Below are positions 31,108-35,759 of a stretch of 35,759 nt of DNA, piece after piece. The stretch is from Hyphochytrium catenoides (lineage: Eukaryota; Protista; Hyphochytriomycota). The stretch lies in assembly GCA_900088475.1 (NCBI GenBank), contig FLMG01002198.1, positions 1-35,759 on the forward strand, in the 5' to 3' direction. The number at the start of each line of letters is the position of its first letter. Within the stretch, counting starts at the first letter, position 1. A model generated the notes under the pieces. It worked only from the letters and a program-made list of their open reading frames with translations, made no database searches and had not been told where the DNA came from. A program made the position numbers and the translations under genes.

Positions 31108-33267
31108 TTAGAGCTCCTCCTTCCTCTTCTCCTTCACCAGGATGACCTGCTCGTGCTCTGGCTCAGTCTCTTTGTTCCCTCCTCCGATGGTGCTCTCCTT
31201 GATATAGTTCACCGCTTCCTTAATGTAGCCAAGCACCCCTTCCTTCCCCTCTTCTGTCTTCTCTCCCGTGTAGTCTGCAGCATTCTGCGCCTTCTCCTTG
31301 GCCGCCTGAAGATTCTCTTCTGCTAATCTTCTTCCTTTCTCTCCTGCGCGGCCTGCAGCGTCACGAGCTTGCTCTGCCTTCTCCTGCGTGTAGCTTGCAC
31401 CTCTCCTGCCGCTTGCTTTCAAGTCCTCCTTCTCTTGCTCAGCCTTCTTCTCTCCAGAGTGCACATAGCTCTTCACCGTGTCCTTCAACGACTGGACTTT
31501 CTCTGCAGCAGAGTCTTTCAATGACCGAGCGCTGTCCTTGGTGCTCTCCTTCGTAGCAGCAGCGCTGTCCTGGACTGAAGAAGCGCTGCGACGTGCAGCT
31601 TCTCCTTTCTCTGCGGCTGTCCTTCTGACCGTCTCTCCTGCGTCGCCTGCCTTGTCCCAGACTGTCTCCGCAACATCTTCTGACTTGTCCTTCACATACT
31701 CTGCCCCGCTCTGCACGGTATCCTTGGTCTTCCGCGCCGCGTGAGCCGCAGTCTCGACGCCAGCCTTCGCCGAGTCCCGAACCTTCTCTGCGCCGCTCTG
31801 GACGGTCTCCTTGGTGTACTCTGCAGCGTCTTCAGCCTTGTCTTTGACGTACTCTGCGGTCTCGCCAGCCTTATGAAGTCCGCTTTTAGCCTTGTCCTGA
31901 ATATATTCCGCGGCGCGGCCTACCTGCTCTCTGGCCGCTTCCATTCTCCTCCTGGCAGCGGTCTGCGCGGCGTCCACAGCTTCTCCTGTCTTCTCCATGC
32001 CGCTGCGCGCTGTGTCAGAGACGTACTCAGCGGCCTCACCAGCTCTTTCTCTTGCAGCGCCGACTGTCTCGCCTGCCCGTTGTCTAGCGGCAAAGGCAGC
32101 CTGTTCTGCTCTCTGTCTGGCAGACTCCACGGTCTCCCCAGCTCTTTCTCTTGCCGTGCCAACTGCCTCTCCAGCCTTGTTGACTCCGCTTCTCGCGCTG
32201 TCGGCTACATATTCTGCGGCTCCAGTGGCGCTGTCGCGGACGTACTCTGCAGCGCTGCCAGCCTTGTCCATGCCGCTTCTTGCACTGTCCCTCACATACT
32301 CTGCGGCGTTTCCAGCCTTGTCCATGCCTGCGCGGGCTGCATCTCTTGCCAGGTTTGAGGCGTTCTCCGCTCCTTCAGCGGCAGAGTCCCTGACGTACTG
32401 GGCACCCTCTCCTGCGCGGTTGAGGCCGCTTCTGGCACTGTCTTTGACATAGTCTGCAGCGCTTCCAGCCTTGTCCATGCCACTGCGAGCAGTCTCTCGT
32501 GCGTACTCGCCGGCGCCGCTGGCCTTGTCTCTCGCGGTCTCGGAGGTTGCTTCCATTCTTCTCCTCGCGGTTGCCTGGGCAGAGTCAGCGGCTTCTCCGG
32601 CCCTGTTGAGGCCACTCCTAGTCGTCTCACGAGCGGAGTCTGCAGCCTGTCCAGCGCGCTGTCTGGCAGCATCGACAGTCTGTCCAGCCTTGTCCATTCC
32701 GCTTCTCGCGCTGTCCTTGACATACTCTGCAGCGCTCCCAGCCTTGTCCATCCCGCTGCGCGCGGTGTCCTTAGCATAGTCACGAGCAGATGCAGCAGCG
32801 TCTGCAGCCTTGTCCTTTGCTGCCTGGGCAGAGTCCTTGGTATAATCGATGCCTGCAGCAGCCTTGTCCTTTGCTGCCTGGGCAGAGTCCTTGGTATAAT
32901 CTACGCCTGCAGCAGCCTTGTCTCTGGCTGCCTGAGCAGAGTCCTTGGTATAGTCGACACCGGCAGCGGCCTTGTCTCTGGCTGCTTGTGTCTTGTCTGC
33001 TGCTGAATCCTTGAGGATATCCTTAGAGTCCCCGAGATGCTCCTTCAATGAGATCGCGCCAGACGCGGCCTGCTCTTTTAGAGCTTCTCCGCCCGCAGCG
33101 AGGTGCTCGCCAAAGGATTGTACGCCTGCAGCAGCATGGCCCGCAGCGTCAGATGGCGGCGTATCCTTGTTACCGCGGCCAAAGAACGCAGACACTGGCT
33201 GCTGACTGGCTAAGGCGATAGAGGAAATGCAGAGGAAGAGCCCCACACGGCGGTAAGGCGCTCTCAT
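31108..33267 (-). CDS. Late embryogenesis abundant (LEA, group 3-like) protein, 719 aa, with signal peptide and C-terminal KEEL
   Basis: Intronless ORF rich in A/K/D/E/R/S/G/T. Repeats of 11/18/22 residues such as AQAAKDKAAAGVDYTKDS and ARSGMDKAGSAAEYVKDS. N-terminal MRAPYRRVGLFLCISSIALA signal. Ends ...KEKRKEEL-stop. Confidence 0.88.
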   Translation of the reverse strand: MRAPYRRVGLFLCISSIALASQQPVSAFFGRGNKDTPPSDAAGHAAAGVQSFGEHLAAGGEALKEQAASGAISLKEHLGDSKDILKDSAADKTQAARDKAAAGVDYTKDSAQAARDKAAAGVDYTKDSAQAAKDKAAAGIDYTKDSAQAAKDKAADAAASARDYAKDTARSGMDKAGSAAEYVKDSARSGMDKAGQTVDAARQRAGQAADSARETTRSGLNRAGEAADSAQATARRRMEATSETARDKASGAGEYARETARSGMDKAGSAADYVKDSARSGLNRAGEGAQYVRDSAAEGAENASNLARDAARAGMDKAGNAAEYVRDSARSGMDKAGSAAEYVRDSATGAAEYVADSARSGVNKAGEAVGTARERAGETVESARQRAEQAAFAARQRAGETVGAARERAGEAAEYVSDTARSGMEKTGEAVDAAQTAARRRMEAAREQVGRAAEYIQDKAKSGLHKAGETAEYVKDKAEDAAEYTKETVQSGAEKVRDSAKAGVETAAHAARKTKDTVQSGAEYVKDKSEDVAETVWDKAGDAGETVRRTAAEKGEAARRSASSVQDSAAATKESTKDSARSLKDSAAEKVQSLKDTVKSYVHSGEKKAEQEKEDLKASGRRGASYTQEKAEQARDAAGRAGEKGRRLAEENLQAAKEKAQNAADYTGEKTEEGKEGVLGYIKEAVNYIKESTIGGGNKETEPEHEQVILVKEKRKEEL

Positions 33268-33430
33268 CGTGTCTTCCTCCTTAGAAAGAGCTTCAGATCT
33301 TCAAAATTGAAAAAAAAAATCTGCAGATAAAGCTTCGGAAGTGGGATAATGTTGATCGTAGGGGAAATTGGAAACTGATAGGATCTTTGGATTCTTCCGT
33401 AGAGAGAAAGGGGAGGAAGTCTACAGAGGG

Positions 33431-33472
<42 letters not shown>

Positions 33473-33938
33473 AGAGACGCCCTTTGTCTCGCGAGGTCCC
33501 ATTCTTTCTTCTCTTGCCTGCTTCTTTCTCTCTCTCTCCGCGGCCTCTTCCTCCCCATTTCCCTGCCTGAGTGCAAAGGAGAAAGCTCGAATTCTCCCTT
33601 CCGGGAAGTCGAGCGGAGAGAAAGAATGAAAGAGACAGCAGAATCGATAGCGCTGTAGGAAGTCTGAGGGAGAAAGAGAGACCGACGGGAGCAGAAAGAG
33701 AAAGAGAGAAAAAGGAGTCCACTCTTCTTTCTGTTTTCTCTCTCTCTCTTCTTCCCTAGCATACATAGATCACAAAGAAGAGGGGAGAACAGGGTTGTTG
33801 GACGGAAGAGAGAGATGTACAATGGAATTCTTATCTTCTGATCCTAAGAAGGAGGAAGTAACGGTTGTTTCCTTCGCTTCGCTTCTCTCTCTTTCTTGAC
33901 TCTCTCTCTCTCTCTCTCACTCTCTCTCCTTCTCTCTT

Positions 33939-33970
<32 letters not shown>

Positions 33971-34280
33971 ACTCTCCTTCTCTCTTTCTTTCTCTCTCTC
34001 TCTCTGTGTACCTCCATGCACCAGGAAGAAGTGTGCAAAAGCAGGCTCCAAAGGGAAGATCTTTAAGAGCTTCTGATCGCTCTGGCAAGGCGCCGCTGCA
34101 GAGGTAAAAAGACGGTGAATGGATGGGGAGGAGAAAAGGAGAGAGAGAAAGAGAATGAGAGAGAGAGAAAGAGAGAGACTACTCTGCCGATGGATTGCTG
34201 GCATTGCCCTAAGGAGAGAAGCCCAAAGTGTGCAAAAACCTCTCCTGTTGTCTTCCCCTTCCCCGGTTTGCCCTTTGGTG

Positions 34281-34360
<80 letters not shown>

Positions 34361-34687
34361 CCTCTCTCATCTGTCTTTCCCTCAGTTTGTCCCTGCAAGT
34401 TGCTGGGTTGGCCGCTGTCTGCGAGGTGCTCGCTAGACAGATGACAGCTGACTTCTCCGGTGATCAGAAGAGAGAGAGAGAGAGGCAAAGAGCGAGACAA
34501 TAATCAGGGAGATATAACTAGGAAGAGAAAAGGTGGAGAAAGAAAGGCATAAGAAGAGAGACGAGAGGGAGACAAGAACGATGGGAAAGGAGGAAGTGAG
34601 TGGCGAGAAAAGAGGAAAAGGGAGAGGGAGGGAGAAAAGATCGAGAGAGAGAAAAGAGTGAGAGAAGGAAAATGGAGAGAAAAGCAA

Positions 34688-34718
<31 letters not shown>

Positions 34719-34730
34719 NNNNNNNNNNNN

Positions 34731-34762
<32 letters not shown>

Positions 34763-35189
34763 AAAGAAATGAGAAAGAAAAGGAAGAACAAGCGGCTTTC
34801 AGTCCACGATTTCTTCAACCACGACCACTTATAATCAGTCATATTCTTAATACCTATGAATATGGGGAGTCTATGGCGATATAACGCTCTATCATATTAT
34901 AAATAATGGTCTGTCTCACGATTCTAGGCGTTTGTGACAATAGCGTCCGAAAATGTGTGTACAAACAGCCATGACCAGATGGTGTCCCCCTCTATTCGGA
35001 CCATATATTTTCCTGATAGCTATGACGCGAGCCGGTCCAATCAGAAGGTTGTACAACCTCTTTGCAACCTGTCGTCAAGGTCCTTGGTGTTATTAGCTGC
35101 ATTTAGCTCGGGTTTTTAAGCGATGCGGTCCATACTTCGAGAGTCTAAGAACACCAGCGATGCAGAAGGTTGGTGGTAGAAAGATCAGA

Positions 35190-35759
35190 CTGAAGCTCAG
35201 GCAGGGCTTGGAAGATGAAGCTCAGCAGGGCTTGGAAGATGATGCTCAGCAGGGCTTGGAAGATGATGCTCAGGCGGGGTTTGGATGAAGCTCAGGCGGG
35301 GCTTGGATGAAGCTCAGGCAGGGCTTGGAAGATGAAGCTCAGCAGGGCTTGGAAGATGATGCTCAGGCGGGGTTTGGATGAAGCTCAGGCGGGGCTTGGA
35401 TGAAGCTCAGGCGGGGCTTGGACTGAAGCTCAGGCAGGGCTTGGACATTGAAGCTCAGGCAGGGCTTGGAAGATGAAGCTCAGGCGGNNNNNNNNNNNNN
35501 NNNNNNNNNNNNNNNNNNNNNNNNNNNNNNNNNNNNNNNNNGATGAAGCTCAGGCAGGGCTTGGAGGATGAAGCTCAGGCGGGGCTTGGATGAAGCTCAG
35601 GCAGGGCTTGGAGGGTGAAGCTCAGGCGGGGCTTGGATGAAGCTCAGGCAGGGCTTGGAGGATGAAGCTCAGGCAGGGCTTGGAAGATGAAGCTCAGGCA
35701 GGGCTTGGAAGATGAAGCTCAGGCGGGGTTTGGATGAAGCTCAGGCGGGGCTTAGATGA
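35190..35759 (+). repeat. G-rich minisatellite, 22-25 bp unit GATGAAGCTCAGGC(A/G)GGG(C/T)TTG(GAA); runs off the window end
   Basis: More than 20 tandem units with an internal N gap. Unit variants are 22, 24 and 25 bp long. Confidence 0.95.

Larger units (their letters stand above)
22160..34790. repeat. Very dense (AG)n/(CT)n microsatellites in intergenic, intronic and flanking DNA
   Basis: Many pure tracts, e.g. 22532-22590, 22835-22882, 24417-24548, 27561-27603, 31065-31102, 34283-34357. Most N gaps in this span abut these tracts. Confidence 0.95.

Noticed and set aside
31478-33205. Plus-strand ORFs overlapping the LEA gene, and similar antisense ORFs over the His-EGF and ZIP genes
   Set aside because: Antisense shadows of repetitive or GC-rich coding sequence.
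22078-34884. Numerous 60-240 aa ORFs made of ERER or SLSL runs
   Set aside because: These are translations of (AG)n/(CT)n microsatellites, which contain no stop codons.
35190-35759. CRISPR-like array
   Set aside because: Units are directly abutting with no unique spacers, there are no cas genes, and the context is eukaryotic.

Overview
Eukaryotic, probably protist, genomic DNA: it has GT-AG introns, purine -3 start contexts, dense (AG)n/(CT)n microsatellites and seven N gaps. The taxon cannot be fixed from sequence alone. The first ~11 kb has no credible gene. It holds a ~5.8 kb decayed 12-mer satellite (TAGGTGCCAGCC) containing two inverted copies of a ~420-445 bp TGTTG...CAACA solo-LTR-like element. 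Six protein genes are supported: (1) a secreted protein with six His-rich 4-Cys EGF-like repeats (- strand); (2) a divergently transcribed, two-exon LIV-1-type ZIP (SLC39) metal transporter whose ectodomain carries the same His-EGF module; (3) an unknown coiled-coil protein; (4) a prenylated Rab acceptor (PRA1-family) protein; (5) a two-exon NTF2/SnoaL-like membrane protein; (6) a signal-peptide LEA-like protein ending in KEEL. The window ends in a 22-25 bp G-rich minisatellite. The main finding is the head-to-head pair of genes 1 and 2, which looks like a zincophore plus its cognate transporter. The layout parallels the fungal Pra1-Zrt1 / Aspf2-ZrfC loci but uses a different metal-binding module. 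Most short ORFs in the supplied track are microsatellite or antisense artefacts.
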